Below are positions 24,601 to 36,006 of a stretch of DNA of 64,000 nucleotides, one piece after another. Made by a program: the position numbers and the translations under genes. How positions within the stretch are numbered: position 1 is the first letter of the stretch; each line of letters starts with the position of its first letter. The notes beneath the pieces were generated by a model. The model worked only from the letters and a program-made list of their open reading frames with translations, made no database searches and had not been told where the DNA came from. Source of the stretch: Felis catus (Eukaryota); the NCBI RefSeq assembly GCF_018350175.1, contig NC_058368.1:84322001-84386000 (forward strand), written 5' to 3'.

Positions 24601-25499
24601 AATTTGTTGGCATATAATTGCTCCTAATATTCTCTTATAATTATTTGTATTCCTGCAGTACTGGTTTTGATCTCCCTTTTTTCATTTGTGATTTTATTTA
24701 TTTGGGTCCTTTCCTCTTGCTTTTTGATGAGTCTAGCTAGGTGTTTATCAATTTTGTTTATTCTTTCAAAAAACCAGCTCCTACTTTCATTGATCTGTTT
24801 TTTTGTTTTTGTTTTGTTTTGTTTTTTGATACCATTGATATCTGCTCTCACGTTTATTATTTCCCTTCTTCTGCTGGTTTGGGGCTTTATTGCTGTTCTT
24901 TTTCCAACTCCTTTTGGTATAAGTTTAGGTTGTGTATTTGAGACATTTCTTTTTTCTTGAGGAAGACCTTGAATGCTGTACACTTCCCTCTTATGACCCT
25001 CTTTGCTTCATCCCAAAGGTTTTGGACTGTCATGTTTTAATTTTCATTGTCTTTCATGTACTTCTTAATTTTCTCTTTAATTTCTTGGTTAACCCATTCA
25101 CTCTTTAGTAGGATGTTTTTAAACTCTTAAGTATTTATGGTTTTTCCATATTTTTCTTTGTGGTTGACTTCAACTTTCATAGCATTGTGGTCTGAAAATA
25201 TGCATGGTAAGATTTTGATCTTTTTGTACTTGTTGAGGGCTGATTTGTGACCCAGTATGTGATCTATTCTGAAGAATGTTCCATTGCACTCAAGAAGAAT
25301 GTGTATTCTGCTGTTTTAGGATGAAATGGTCTGAATATATCTGTTAAGTCAATCCATCTGGTCCAGTATGTCATTCAAAGTCATTGTTTCCTTATTGATT
25401 TTCTGCTTAGATGATCTACCCGTTGCTGTAAGTGGGATATTAAAGTCCCCTACTATTGTTTTATTATCAATAAGTTTCTTTATGTTTGTTATTAATTGA
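21606..25499 (-). mobile_element. Carnivore L1, 3' UTR plus most of ORF2, decayed
   Basis: Poly(A) at 21606-21619; ORF2 RT fragments ([40 protein letters not shown]). Confidence 0.93.
21830..22044 (-). mobile_element. CAN-SINE nested in L1 3' UTR
   Basis: TSD about GC(C/T)TCCCTCTG(T/C)TT. Confidence 0.9.
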
Positions 25500-25707
25500 A
25501 TTTAGACCTAAAAATTGAAAGTGAGGGGATGGAGAACCATCTATCATGCTAATCGACATCAAAAGAAAGCCAGAGGAGCTGTAGTTATTTCAGACAAACT
25601 AGATTCAAAGACTGTAACAAGAGGTAAAGAAGGGCATTATATCATAATTAAAGGGGCTATCCATCAAGAAGATCTAACAATTATAAATATTTACGCCCCC
25701 AACTTGG
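25500..25707 (+). mobile_element. Inverted 5' segment of the same L1 (ORF2 endonuclease region)
   Basis: ORF 25515: GWRTIYHAN...EGHYIIIKG...INIYAPN, opposite in orientation to the L1 body. Confidence 0.9.
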
Positions 25708-25869
25708 TATTACCTTCATCTTTAAAAGCTTTTTTTTTTTTTTTTTAGTTTGTTTTCTACCAACAGAAACTACCTTTCTAGGTTCTTTTGATTTTTTTTT
25801 TCCCTACCATCAGTCAAATCTTTAATAAATACCACCATCTGCTAATTAAACATACTAGCTTACTAATGT

Positions 25870-26152
25870 GTAGTGACAGAAGGCAGATCAGTGGTTTCCT
25901 CGGGGAGACGTAGGAGGGAGTACAAACTGGTACACAGAAACTTGTGGGTAGAGGATGTGTTGTCTATCTTGATTGTAGTGAGAATTTGATTTGTGTATAC
26001 ATATGTCAGGACTTTTCCAATTGTACATTTCACAGCACAGAGTACTGACCACTATAAGATCACAACAAGCTACTGGGGACCTGTTCAAATTGTACATTTC
26101 AGTATGTGAAATTATGTATGTCAATTATACTTCAATAAAGCTGTTTTTTAAA
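25870..26152 (+). mobile_element. Old L1M 3' UTR end
   Basis: GACAGAAGGCAGATCAGTGGTT...TATCTTGATTGTAGTG...GTATGTCAATTATACTTCAATAAAGCTG. Confidence 0.7.
26031..26083 (-). pseudogene. Tailless retrocopy of tRNA-His(GUG) 5' half with extra 5' sequence
   Basis: Minus strand 26066-26031 reads GTTGTGATCTTATAGTGGTCAGTACTCTGTGCTGTG, 30/36 identical to recalled tRNA-His nt 1-36 and ending at the anticodon. Flanked by direct repeats 26015-26032 and 26084-26101. Confidence 0.75.
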
Positions 26153-26329
26153 AAATTTAGTTGGAAACTTGCTCCAAGAAATACATCATGTAAAATTTGC
26201 CAATAAATGTTAATTAAAGGGATAGCCTATATTACTAAAATCCCTGAATTATTTTTACCCTTATTAAACCTTTTGGGTTTTTGAGAAATAAATTATTTTT
26301 CCCTTAACTTGTCATCTCATTTAATAATA

Positions 26330-26552
26330 AAAACAGCAAACACATATTCAATGTTAACCTTGTACCAGGCACTGTTCTGAGTGGGTTTATATCTATCATT
26401 GTTCCTCCCAACAACTAACTGAAGTATACTGTGCCTCCATTTTCCAGTTGAGGAAATTGAAGGTCTAGCAGTTAAATAACTTGCCCAAAATCATATTTCT
26501 GGTAAGGCAATATTCAGACCGCCAAGGCCCTTAGTCACAATAATGTACTGCC
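26330..26552. mobile_element. MIR
   Basis: CCAGGCACTGTTCT...CCATTTTCCAGTTGAGGAAATTGAAG...AAATAACTTGCCCAA. Confidence 0.7.
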
Positions 26553-26758
26553 TCAAGCTTTGTACAGATAAGTATTTAACATTTAAAATATTTTTGGTAA
26601 CATATTATATGTTAAGTTTAAATGTACTCTAAATTTTAAATGACTCAATCTGTGAAAGTAACCAAAATCAAAATATTCTCTGAAGATGCTGCATATTTGC
26701 ATGCAATAGTATTATTTACTATTTATGTTCCTAAAGTGCCTTTAAGTGGTTTCAGTCA

Positions 26759-26950
26759 GGGGTGTCTGGGTGGCTCAGTCACGAAGCATCCAATTTCAGC
26801 TGAGGTCACAATCTCATTGTTTATGAGTTTGAGCTCCACACTGGGCTCATAGCTGTCAATGCAGAGCCTGCCTTGGATCCTCTGTCTCCCTGTCTCTGTC
26901 CTTCCCCTGCTCACACACTCTCTCAAATATAAACACTTTTTTAAAAATTA
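26759..26950 (+). mobile_element. CAN-SINE
   Basis: TSD about TG(G/A)TTTCAGTCA. Confidence 0.88.
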
Positions 26951-27166
26951 AAAATGATTTCAGTCATAAAACCTGATTTTATCCTTACCTTGTATTTTAC
27001 TTTCAAACTAATTTTCCCCTAGAAGTTATGCCTCATAATTTTAAGCTCATTTTCTATATCTTATTTCGTGAACCAGTGATTCCTACATGTGAGTTTTGAA
27101 CATAATTTTTATATGACATAACTTGTTGTTTAGCAGTGAGCATTAAGGACTAAGGAAGTCCATCAC

Positions 27167-27378
27167 TGGGGAGCCTGGGTGGCTCAGTCAGGTGTCTGAG
27201 TTCAGCTCAGGTCATGATCTCACAGTTCCTGGGTTCAACCTCAGGGTTGGGCATTGTTCTGACAGCTCATAGCCTGGAGCCTGCTTCGAATTCTGTGTCT
27301 CCCTCTCACTCTCTGCCCCTCCCCTGCTTGTGCTCTTGCTCTCTCTCTCTCTCCTCTCTCTTTCCAAAAAAAAAAAAT
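27167..27378 (+). mobile_element. CAN-SINE
   Basis: Head, CT body, A tail, TSD about CATCACT. Confidence 0.88.
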
Positions 27379-27781
27379 CATCACTAAGGACCAGTGACCA
27401 GGACATCATTAAAGAATGGGGAAAAGCTGTATTTTAAAGAAAATTGATCTTTAAATATCCTCTCAACAAATAGTCTGGTTTTGTACTACACCAAGTGTAT
27501 CCAGTTTACCTATATCTAGTGTACTAGGGCTTTTCACAATTAGTTTCCCTGCATAAATGTAAAAATAAGCAGCAGCCTCTGATTGAGTCATTATTGAATC
27601 AGTGCCTGAGACCTTAAAGTTGGCCGCAGACTTTAAGCACCACAACCTTCAATAATTTTCTATTAAAAGTGCTGTTTAATTTAAAAGACATTTAATCCTC
27701 TGGGCAGATCATTAAAATTAATATACATTTTATTGGTACAATTTGTAAGTTTTCCCTCATTTTCCTATTTCCTGAAATCCA

Positions 27782-27985
27782 TTTTTTTTTTAATGTTTAT
27801 TTTTTGAGAGAGAGAATGTGAGCAAGGAAGGGGTAGAGAGAGAGACAGAGACAGAATCCAAAGCAGGCTCCAGGCTCTGAGCTGTCAGCACAGAGTCCGA
27901 TGCAGGGCATAAACCCACGAGCACCGAGATCATGACCTGAGCTGAAGTTGGATGTTTAACTGACTGAGCCACCCACACATCCCTC
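27782..27985 (-). mobile_element. CAN-SINE
   Basis: TSD CCTGAAATCCATTTT. Confidence 0.9.
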
Positions 27986-28504
27986 CTGAAATCCATTTTG
28001 ATCTGACTTTGCAATATGTTTGCAACTTGAAATTAATAAAAATCCTCCTTGCTTAAAAAAATAAAATCTGCAGTTGAGAATCATATTAGGTTGATCCATT
28101 CTTTCCTGTTTTCATTCTAGATTGTTGTATTTAACTTTTCTATACTTGGTTCTTTCCACTATTGGTAAACTGTGTCAGTTGACATTTGTGGAGTTGTTAG
28201 GGAAGCAACAGAAGCTGTCATGTTCTAGAGGCCAATGTTTTCATTGTAAATGGGACTGAAATTGGAATACTTCAAATAAAATCATTATAGTAACACAGGA
28301 ACAAAATGAAATTGAAACTATTCTCAGGCTTTATATCACTAGTAACAGCAAGCTTTCCAAATTTGATTTGTTTAGGCTTACATTTCAAACAAGGATTTGA
28401 AATAGTGGTCTATATCCTTAACTCTGCTTACTTACCTTTCACTTGCCTCTCAAACTGCAAAGTTGAGCATGTGCTGCATACCCACGACAAATAAATATTC
28501 AGTA

Positions 28505-28688
28505 GTTTTTTTTTTTCTTTCTTAAGGTTGTTTATTAGCAAGCTGAGGAGGGGCAGACAGAGGGAGAGAGAGAATCCCAAGCAGACTCCACACTGCCAGT
28601 GCTGAGCCTGATGTGGGGCTTGAACCAACAAACCATGAGATCATCACCTGAGCCGAACACTTAACCAACTGAGCCACCCAGGCACCCC
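28505..28688 (-). mobile_element. CAN-SINE
   Basis: TSD AATATTCAGTA. Confidence 0.9.
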
Positions 28689-29939
28689 AATATTCAGTAC
28701 TTTTACTCCCCTCTTCCCTATCTCTCTTCTTAAACTATTGACAGTGCCTTCTAGTCAAAACCAGTGGACTGATGTTGCCATGACATTATTGGACTTTTGC
28801 AAGCATTGGGCACTCACCACCATTTCCTCATATGGGATCCAAAACCTCACCCTGTCTTGACCCTCTTTTTTCTCAAACTCTTTACTGATTGCCCAGTCTA
28901 CAGCTGCCTCCTTTGGAGACTGGTGCTCCAGGGTTCTACCCTCAGTCTTCTTGTCCACATACAGGGAAATGTCATCCACTCTCATAACTTAACTTTTTCA
29001 CCTCACCTCCTAGTCTTTAAAAACTCTAATGCACTACTGCTCCCTGCTGCCAAGTGAGAGAAGCCCAAACTCTTGAGCATGGCATAGATTCTTCTAACCA
29101 TACAGTAAGGGCACATGATGGGCACATTTCTATATCCCCATTGTCCAGCCAAGTGAAACTCCATGAGCCCTCGATAAAGTGTTGTGGGAGGAAGGATTCC
29201 TCTAATTAAGCCAAATTTGAGTTTCCTCTTTCAAAATCTCCACCCCCTCAATTTCCTAGAATTCTTGCCCTACCCCACTCAGCAGCCTCCACAGGATTTT
29301 GACCTACATCTACTTACACTCTGTCTTCAGTCTAGAGCAAAACTTTCCTGCTCATCCCATCTCTCTGTCCCAACCCAATCCCAGCATCTACATTAGTAGA
29401 AAGCTGCCAGTGCATGGAAATGATCATCACCATCAAAATGGTGATACAAAATCTTGGCTACATGTTAAATCTATGAAGTTTGCTGATGACCTATAGCAGA
29501 ATTATGCCATTCTTCCCGTTCTAGTTTTATACCGCTTCACACTTGACATACGATGGGAAGGCAGAGTCTGGAGGTCCTCAAAAGACTATTTCTCTTTTGT
29601 TTCTAACACTCAACTCAGTTCCTTGAACATAAGCGGACATTCAGAAAAGTGCACTCAGTAAGACTGCACTCAAGCTTACAATTTACCAGGGAAGATAAGA
29701 TAAGCACATAATTCTAAAGTGTATGGTAAATGATAGTAAATACAGACCATGTCGTATGCCTCTTGTGGCCTGTAAGGACAACAAATTTTCAATAAATCCT
29801 TACAGAGTTTCTGGATGAACAATTCTAGTGTGCAGTGTAATGACTCCCACAGGAAACAAAACTCCACTGCCCTGCACTTTTCTCCATTGAGTTCTTTCCT
29901 CCATAGCTACACAAAAGAAAGCTGTCTAATCCACACTGC

Positions 29940-30168
29940 TTTTTTTTTTTTTTAATTTTTTTTTCAACGTTTTATTTATTTTTGGGACAGAGAGAGACAG
30001 AGCATGAACGGGGGAGGGGCAGAGAGAGAGGGAGACACAGAATCAGAAACAGGCTCCAGGCTCGAGCCATCAGCCCAGAGCCCGACGCGGGGCTCGAACT
30101 CAACGGACAGCGAGATCGTGACCTGGCTGAAGTCGGACGCTTAACCATCTGCACCACCCAGGCACCCC
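29940..30168 (-). mobile_element. Young cat-type CAN-SINE (SINEC_Fc-like)
   Basis: CpGs retained; perfect TSD TAATCCACACTGCTTTT. Confidence 0.93.
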
Positions 30169-31239
30169 TAATCCACACTGCTTTTACATGACAGTTTGTC
30201 AAATTTTGTGTACAGTCTTCATGAACAGGTTTCTCTTTGCAGGTTAAATATCCCCAGCCCTTTCAATTATGTAAAGTATTTATCACCATCCTAGTCACTA
30301 CTCTGGAATTGACTGTGTCAGTGTCCCTTAAACATATGTCATCAATGCTGAACAACGAATTCAGAAATGTCCTAATTAATCCATTTCTCGGGCTTGAAAG
30401 GCTTTGGAATTATTCTCAACTAGTCATCTTCTACATAACATTACCTTATCTGCATATGGCACTTTACAGCAGGCACATTTTCCTCTTCTACTTCTCCCAC
30501 ATCTATCTCTTCCTGGTTCAGGCTCATCACCCCAGGCCTGCATCCTGTGTCCATTTTTTTGCTTCCTTGCCTGCTGCTGCCATATCTGTACTCCTTACAC
30601 AATACTGTCATATGTGGGTCAGCAAACGCTCATTGAGCATCTATGATGTGCAGTGCTCATGCTTCAGGGCATTGCTTATGAGTAGAACAAGGCCTGTCCT
30701 TTAACTGTGGAGATGACAGCCTTCATCTGACTATACCACTGTAGAGGGTTGCATTGCAGCATGGGTGCACCCAGGATTGAGGGTGAAGAGGAGCATCCCG
30801 CCATAGGATGGCATTTGACTAAACTTTTAAGAATGGTTGGAATTAAAAGCAGAAGAGCATTCCGGTCTGAACCAGGGGGTAGGGCATGAAGAGTCTAAAT
30901 GTACACTGATTTAAGGAGCTCCTGAGCAGAGTAGAGGGACAGAAGCTCTGGATGTGTAGCAGAATGAGCAGTAGTACTAAGTGTCCGTGAAAGAAGATTA
31001 GAGCGGGTACCATTCTCGGTAGTCTGTTCTGGATGATCGGTAGCCTGGAAGAGGGGACTGTTATGCTCCCACTTCCATTCATTTCCAGAAATCAGTTGGC
31101 ACTTCCATCTTTCAGTGGTTGAAGTCTCAACATTTGGACAGTAAGCTCTGCCTAGCAGCTCTTGAAGAGGTGGCTGGAAAGCAGACCAGGAGTACCCCCA
31201 GCCCCGGCAGTGCGACCTTAGACATTAATTTGTGGGAAC

Positions 31240-32510
31240 CTGATTGTCAGGGCTGTGGCGAGGATTAAGCGCGATAATAGGTACCCAGTGTGGCCTTACT
31301 GTAAAAAAAGTTACTAACCACTGGAACGATTTGGGAGGGTGGCACCTGCGGCCGCTTAGCGCCAGGCATCCGTTACCTGGGCGACAGCAGCCGCAAGGAC
31401 TCGTCCGCGTCCCACTAGGCGTGTGCTAGCAGCTGGAAGACTAGACTCCGCACCGGAACTCAGCCACCGCGGACTCAGTCGGTGCCCAGGTCTCAGCGCC
31501 CTTTCCTCTGATTGGGTGGAACCAAGGGGCGGACGGACAAAAGAGGAGGTAGAGACTGGTTACTCCTGGGAAGAAGGCGGAGCCTTGTCGAGGAGGGAGG
31601 TGGTATTTGGCTGGCAGTGGTAGCCCCGCCCCCTCACCGCGATTTGGGACACAGACTTAGGTCAGTGGAGGTCCTACGCCTCCTAGTCATCCCAGCAACC
31701 AGTGACGCGGCCCGCCTGAGGTCAACCACTGGCCAACTGGGGAAAGCGGGACTGCAGCGTGACCCCTTTTCCGAGCCGCCTCCCAGCTCCCCCTATTCGG
31801 CGGCCGAGCGCTCCGCCAGTCCCTTCCTCCCTTCTCCTTAGTCCCGCAGTCTGGGAGGCAGGGGTCGGCGAGCCAGCTGAGTGGGAACCGCGTGGTGTAC
31901 AAGGAGCCATTCGGCGACCGGTGAGGGGACTGAGGGGCTAGGAGGGCAGGGTTGGCGCGGGGCAGCGATCTCCAACTGTCGCCGGTCTTCGCCCCTCCGC
32001 TGTGGGCTGCTAGCGCCTGCAGCTGTTGCGAGCGCCGCCCCGGCAACGAGTGACGCTAAGGCACGCTGGGCGGCCTGCTCCTCCCAGGCCTTGCCCTCAG
32101 CCTGTCCTCGCCCGTCTTCCCCCGGTCACCTTCGGGCCCGCAGCCCCACGACGCAGATATCACCAGGCTAAGACGGATTAAAAGGGCAGCTTTAGCTACC
32201 AAGCTCTGTCGGCGTTAATCACCCCCGACTCCTCAATACGTCTTTGGTGCCCTGTCTAGCCCTCAAAGTGGACTGGCGCCGTGGGAGAGGAGCTGAGGTC
32301 GGAAGAGTTTCGCCAAGCAACTCGTGACGACCACCGTTGACTGAAGCGCCCGGAATTGGCTGCGCTGCGACCTTCTCAGGTGTGGCGTTCCTCTTACCGT
32401 GAATAGTTGTGTACATCTTCCCGTTAAGTACGAGGCAACAAGTCTTAAAATGAACAACCAATCTTCGTGCTTACTCTGAAAGCTCCCGGGGTTCGGCGTG
32501 GGGCTACGGA
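31240..32510 (+). promoter_or_regulatory. ZNF672: CpG island, ZNF672 promoter and non-coding exon 1 (donor at 31921)
   Basis: CpG-rich; inverted CCAAT (ATTGG near 31511); GC boxes near 31527 and 31623; donor CCG|GTGAGG at 31920/31921. Confidence 0.75.
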
Positions 32511-33709
32511 ATGCCTACACTGCTCTAACCCTGTGAAGAAGGGTTCTTTGGGGGATCAGGGAAGGGATTTAAAAAGTCTTGCAGAACGTTTAGGATCCTT
32601 AGGGTCGAAGTCAGAGACAGACCCCATATTCAGGATCCTTCTTTAGAGGAACTTTCCTGAGGAGGGTAAAACCTAAAACTTCAGCAACCGCAGTTGTCAG
32701 ACTTACACATGTTTTAACCTTCTTTTCATATGAAACGTTATAATAGTTTCCTTTACTGGGTTCTCCCAGGCAGGAGTGTCAGACCCCTAAAGTTCCCTGT
32801 CCAAGGTCACACAGCTAATACTTATTATGGAAGAACCAGAATTTGGACACTTGCCTCTGTGGTTCCCCTATGGATCTTGCAGTTCTGTTTCAGTAAACCA
32901 AAGCAGAGTATTTGCAGTACCTGCAGTAGATAGGGCTACGGAGGATAAGATGACTGGAGAGAGGCTTCCTACTCCTCCAGGAATCTAACATTTGAAAGAG
33001 TTGTATGCCAGTTTAATACATCATGTTTAAAAAGCATTGAGCGCCCTATGTGTGCCCAACTTCTTGCTAGGCCCAGGGAAGGTTCAAAACAATATATATA
33101 GTCCCTTCTTATATCCCAGTTCTGGGAAGCTCTGCCCCCTCTGGGTTGCAGTTTTGCAACCGTGTGTCAAAGGAACACAGGGAATAGACTATCCTACTAT
33201 GTATGCTCTCTCCCTGCCAACATCCGCACCTTGTCCACACTTGCCAGTTCACAGGAAAAAAATTGTGAAGGGAGAACTTCCAAAAGAATGTATTTGAGTC
33301 ATAATCAGTCTTGGGCACTTGGGATGGGAAGCAGCTGTCATTCCTATTTCCACCAGCTCGTTAAACATGTCAGACTGGACCTGAAGCTAGAAGGGGTAAC
33401 TTCTTTTGAAGTACTGGACCTTGTTTCTTCTGTGGAAGAAAAGAAAGTAAGGAATAGCCACTCTGGTGCTCTAGATTCCACACTCCATCCTTACCTAGAA
33501 AAGGGGCTGAAACCTTCCCAGAATGGATGGGAATCACTGTTTCCTGTTACTTTCACTGATTACTCAGAATAAAACCAAGCAAGGGGATGGGCTGTGGGGT
33601 GTGAAGGCACTCAGCAGAGCTTCTCTGAGGAGGGGCTATCGGAGCCAAGCACTGAGTGAAGGGGGTAATGGGCTTTGCAGGTGGAGCTATAAATGGAAAG
33701 GCCCCAAAG

Positions 33710-34165
33710 TAGGTAATTAATTTTAATAATACATTTCATTTGGGGCATCTGGGTGGCTCAGTCGGTTAAGTGTCTGACTTAGGCTCAGGTCATGATCTTG
33801 TGTCTCATGAGAACTGTGCTGACAGCTCAGAGCCTGGAGCCTGCTTCAGATTCTGTGTCTCCCTCTTTCTCTGCCCTTTCCCCACTCATGCTCCCTCTCT
33901 CTCGCTCTCTCTCAAAAATAAACATTAAATTTTTTTTTAAATAATACATCTCATTTAACCCAATATATACAAAACATTATCATTTCAACATATATATAAT
34001 CAACATTAAACATTATTAATGAGATATCTTGCATTCTTTTTTCATACTAAATCTTTGAAATCAGGAGTGTAGTTGACCCTTTACAGCACATTTCAGTTTG
34101 GAGCAGCCACATTTCAAGTGCTCAGTCACATGTGGCTCAAGACTATTATAGTGGACAGTACAGCA
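33710..34165. mobile_element. MER33-like hAT relic containing a CAN-SINE (33742-33940, plus strand)
   Basis: TTTAACCCAATATATAC...CATACTAAATCTTTGAAATC...AGCCACATTTCAAGTGCTCA; SINE TSD AATAATACAT(T/C)TCATTT. Confidence 0.75.
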
Positions 34166-34864
34166 GGAACAATCCTCAGTCCCTCTCCTGTTCCAGTTTT
34201 ACCCAGCTCTGGCTTCAAGATGGAGAAATTGTGAGATGATCACTTGCCTCTTCATCCTGCCCCAGAAATGTTGGCCCAGCAGAACAGATAACTAGGGAAG
34301 AAAATCTTTGTAGTGACTGAAGGACACAACTCAGAAGAAAAAGGACTAAACTGCTCTCATAGTAGATTGTTAGTAAATGTACTAAATCCTGATTAATTAC
34401 CATACTCTTGATCTGTAATATGTGATCAATTAGATATGGTATGAAATCCCTGCAAAATCTATTAAGACACAAAAATAAAGTGATATAAAACTCAGAAGCT
34501 TATTTTTAATCAAATGTAAATGTTAATTTTTTCATTAGCTTATATTACCTGTTTTTTATTAATTACATATGTAGCATTTGTAAATATTTGTAAGTATTAG
34601 ATGCTTGAAAGTTACTACTTTAAAATACTGAGCATTTAGGACTTTTCAGTAAATCACACATAATTACTTCCTTCCCTCTTTCCAAGCCCTCCTGTACTTT
34701 TTTTTTTCCCTCCTGCACTTACTTTTTTTACACTTAAAATGAATTTGGTGGTTTAACAACTTCAAAACCCTCAATTGACAAAGTGGTTAGGACAGTCTAA
34801 AAATCTTTTTTTTTTGTTTGTTTGTTTTTTGCACAGTAATTTTTTTTTTTTTTTTTCCTTTCAG

Positions 34865-34931
34865 ATTTCCTCCCAGGGCAAGTTCCAGCATGGGGTGAAG
34901 TACAGAAGAGAGACTTGAAGGGTGTACTCTG
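34865..34931 (+). other. ZNF672: Candidate ZNF672 5' UTR exon (3' end uncertain)
   Basis: Long T tract plus TTTCAG acceptor ending 34864; the donor is only guessed (CTG|GTACTG). Confidence 0.4.
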
Positions 34932-35687
34932 GTACTGAATTACCAAACCTGCTCCCTAGATCAGGGTCTGTCTTATTTCCACATTTGTAATGGGGCAGGG
35001 GTTGGGGGGAGAATTGTATCTTTCTTTATATGTCACTCGTATGCATGTTTGTGTTTGTGCATTTGTCTTCCCTTCCTTGGGCATGTGCCCTGGGAGGCAG
35101 GGGGGCGGTTTCCCAGAAACTTGGCCTGAGAGGTGCCATGGTCCCTGCAGACCCCCAAGTAAAGTGGAACACACACCAGGGAATGTGCATTGCTCTCTTT
35201 GGCATTTGGGATCAAACACTGAGTCCTGAGGGAAGGTTTTATTCACATGAGGGTAAAAGTTCTTTTGAATTGAAGACCAGCTAGAGTAAGCTGCCCAAGT
35301 GTCTGGGCTGAAAGTTCCCTATGAAAGAACTGAGAGACTCTCTAAAGACTGCTTTAGAGAGGTCTGCAGAGGGGCTCCTGCCCCTGCTTGCAGTTTGTGC
35401 TTAAACTTATTCTCTTTGAATAAGATATCTGGGATTTAAAATACTGCAGACCAAAAAAAGAGAGAAAAAGTGTGTGGGATGGGAGGAATGTCATAGATGG
35501 GACAGAAATTTTGAGAGCAAAATGTAAATAGATGCTGAAGGTGAAAGAGTGATTCATGATACTTTTCTTTAGTTTTTTAAATTTGAAAATGGCCATTAAA
35601 ACAATATTCCCCTCTTCTTTCTCTCCCTGCTTCTGTCCCCTCTGCTCAGTTTAAATTCATGTTGTCCCTCTTCCTTCATCTTCGCAG

Positions 35688-35791
35688 GGTACAGAACATC
35701 CTGCTTCAAAGGCATGAGAAGAGAACATCCTGTATTGGCCACTCCTGCCCAATGTGGAGGGGAGCAGAAGCTCCTGAGCCCACCCCTGAAG
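35688..35791 (+). other. ZNF672: Candidate ZNF672 5' UTR exon
   Basis: Acceptor TCTTCCTTCATCTTCGCAG and donor AAG|GTTTGT. Confidence 0.5.
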
Positions 35792-35808
35792 GTTTGTGGC
35801 TTTCAAGA

Positions 35809-36006
35809 CTTTTTTTTTTCTTTTTTAAATGTTTATTTGTTTGTTTTTGAGAGAAAGACAGCCTGAGTGGGGAAGGGGCAGAGAGAGGGACACAACATTT
35901 GAAGCAGGTTCCAGGCTCTGATTTGTCAGCACAAAGCCTGATGCAGGGCTTGAACCCATGAGCTGTGAGAAGTCGCATGCTTAACCAACTGAGCCACCCA
36001 GGCACC
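35809..36006 (-). mobile_element. CAN-SINE
   Basis: T tail, reverse-complement body and head. Confidence 0.9.

Noticed and set aside
22094..24983. Many L1-like ORFs as an active retrotransposon
   Set aside because: ORF2 is fragmented by stops and frameshifts and the element is 5' truncated.
35688..35791. Possible KRAB-B remnant (HPASK) in a ZNF672 UTR exon
   Set aside because: Only a five-residue resemblance followed by a stop; no KRAB-A exon found.
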